A stretch of 64,000 nucleotides of DNA from Hydrolagus colliei (taxonomy: Eukaryota). The position numbers and the translations under genes were made by a program. The notes under the pieces are model-generated. The model saw only the letters and a program-made list of their open reading frames with translations. It did no database searches and was not told the DNA's origin. The stretch spans positions 1,798,001 through 1,862,000 of the forward strand of contig CM068770.1 in the NCBI GenBank assembly GCA_035084275.1. The letters are read 5' to 3'. The first letter of the stretch is position 1. Every line of letters starts with the position of its first letter. Positions 62,136-64,000 of the stretch are shown piece by piece.

Positions 62136-64000
62136 CTTGTTATTATTATTCCCAATTTAATACTGTCAGGTACTCGGGTTTCTTGCTTGTGGTTAATCGC
62201 GCTCGCGGCTGAGAGTACAGATGAGCAGGCAGCCTGCTTGCCTCTGGGTGCCTGTCCTGTGTGTGTGATGAGCTGTCAGCGCAGGCCTGCGGTCAGATAG
62301 CTCACCCGCAACTCCACTGCAGGCTGACAATGCGGGGCTCGCAAGTCAATTTGCCTGAGGACGCATGTCGCCAATCACCGGAGTTTGTGTTTGGATCCGT
62401 GCGGATTTCCAACCCCTCCCCCCCTCCCCCCACCCCAACCCCACCCCCCCCCCCCCCTACTCCCCACCACCTCCATTCACCGCCCTAAACAACTCGCTCC
62501 CCGGCTCTTTGTGGGATGTGGCCGGGCGCACGTTGTCAGCCGTGAACCCCGACAAGTGCACAGTCCCTTCACGTTCACGGCGATTCCCGAGAAGCGCTTT
62601 GAGACGTGTCAAACGCCACCGTCATACTACGAATAATAGTGAAGAACAACGATCATCCTCGCATTGGATACGGCGCTTTTCACATCTTATCGACGTCTCA
62701 AAGCGCTTCACAGGATGTCCTGCAAAGTGAACTGACTGTATGTCTGTGGGCAACAAATAACAAATGAAATAATAAATAGGCAAACAGCGTAATCCCTCAG
62801 ATCCCCCCCTCCCACCCCCCCGACATCCACTTCCCCCACCACCCACCAGGGCTCCTCCCCCGCCTCTCGCCTCCATCTCGGGGGCTAAGTTAGGAGGGTT
62901 AAGCGCCTTGAGTCGTCCTCCTTCTGACATGAAAGGAAAGCGCGGTGCAACTGTAAATTCCTCTTGCACGGTTTTGATAAAAGCGAATGTGGCGATTACC
63001 GAGGTGTCTGACAGGCAAAGGGAGGAGGAGGGGGAGGACATTTAGGATGTTGAATGCTCTACCGGATGCAGGCAACGGTCAAGATACAATCTCAGCTTTC
63101 AGCGGAGACGGATATTGTGACTGAGGGGGAGTGAGGGCAGAGGCAGGTAAACGCGAGCGAGTGGATTGATCTTTCAAAGGGCCAGCGCAAACGCGAAGGG
63201 CCAAATGGCTTTCTCCTGCGCCGTAAATCTCTACGACTGCCTTCCCGCTTCCCTGATTATCTCCCCGGCCGCTTCTATCTCCACATGACCGAGCACCCTG
63301 CCACCACAAAGCTTTCTGTCAGCAGCTGCCAGCAGAAATAGCCGAGGAAATGTCAGAGCACAAATGGCGGTGAGCACAGCGTACCAACCCATACCACTCA
63401 GCTTCGAGTCCAGAAGGGCTTTGGCCGAACGCGACGTGGTCTTTGGAGGTCTATCAGATCGTTCCAAGCTTCAGTCGTTTCGCTTACTGATATTCCTTTG
63501 CGATTTCGCCCCCACAAGAAAAAACATACAGTCGATCGACTTTGCGGTATATTCTGCGAAGGTGTACTTTAAATTGCAAGATTGTGCTCTTTGAGCTGCA
63601 AATAATTTTGTAACTTTGAATTTTTCTTGAGAAGATAAAAGATTTCTTTGTGAAAACAAAAGGAAAAAAAATCACGCTGCTTAATTTAAGTGCGAAATCC
63701 GAAGCAACGTTTACGAAGCCGTCTCGAAGATGTGGTCGAGCCTTACATCAGACGCAAGGATTGCTGTTATTATTATTATTGTCATCCTGGCATTCGGTGT
63801 GTGGCGCCTTGTCGGGTCGGAGGGACGTCTCCGAGCCCTTCGCGGGAATTACTGGAGTGGAGCGACTCGTGCGTTTGCAAGCAAACACGGCAGCACAATC
63901 GTGCCTCGCCTCCCGTTAAACGCGCACAAATAGAGGGCGCAAATTGGAGGCGAACTCGCCAACCTTCTGACTTACGAGGCGAGGGTTTCCGATGGCTGTT

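Overview
This is eukaryotic, non-coding, retroposon-dense DNA with two assembly gaps (22725-23069, 23236-23402). The repeat complement points to a holocephalan cartilaginous fish such as Callorhinchus milii. That is inferred from recalled repeat families, not from a database search. There are dozens of copies or fragments of a tRNA-headed SINE with an L2-type tail (CmiSINE/SINE2-CM-like, in long and short subfamilies). An older SacSINE1/AmnSINE1-like Deu-domain SINE, L2 LINE fragments, CR1 3' ends and one Penelope-like inverted repeat are also present. No host protein-coding exon could be recognised, and essentially all listed ORFs are spurious or LINE remnants. A few minus-strand segments have good paired splice sites and may be 5'-UTR or lncRNA exons of a large gene. 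The best observations concern retroelement biology: (i) an identical SINE/L2 chimeric junction found twice, 43 kb apart; (ii) a covarying double stem-loop shared by three tail families; (iii) a Penelope-like 58-bp hairpin enclosing a decayed hammerhead-like motif; (iv) a ~137-bp local duplication of unique DNA. I see no evidence of a new multi-gene system. Repeat boundaries were estimated by eye (about +/-10-20 nt).
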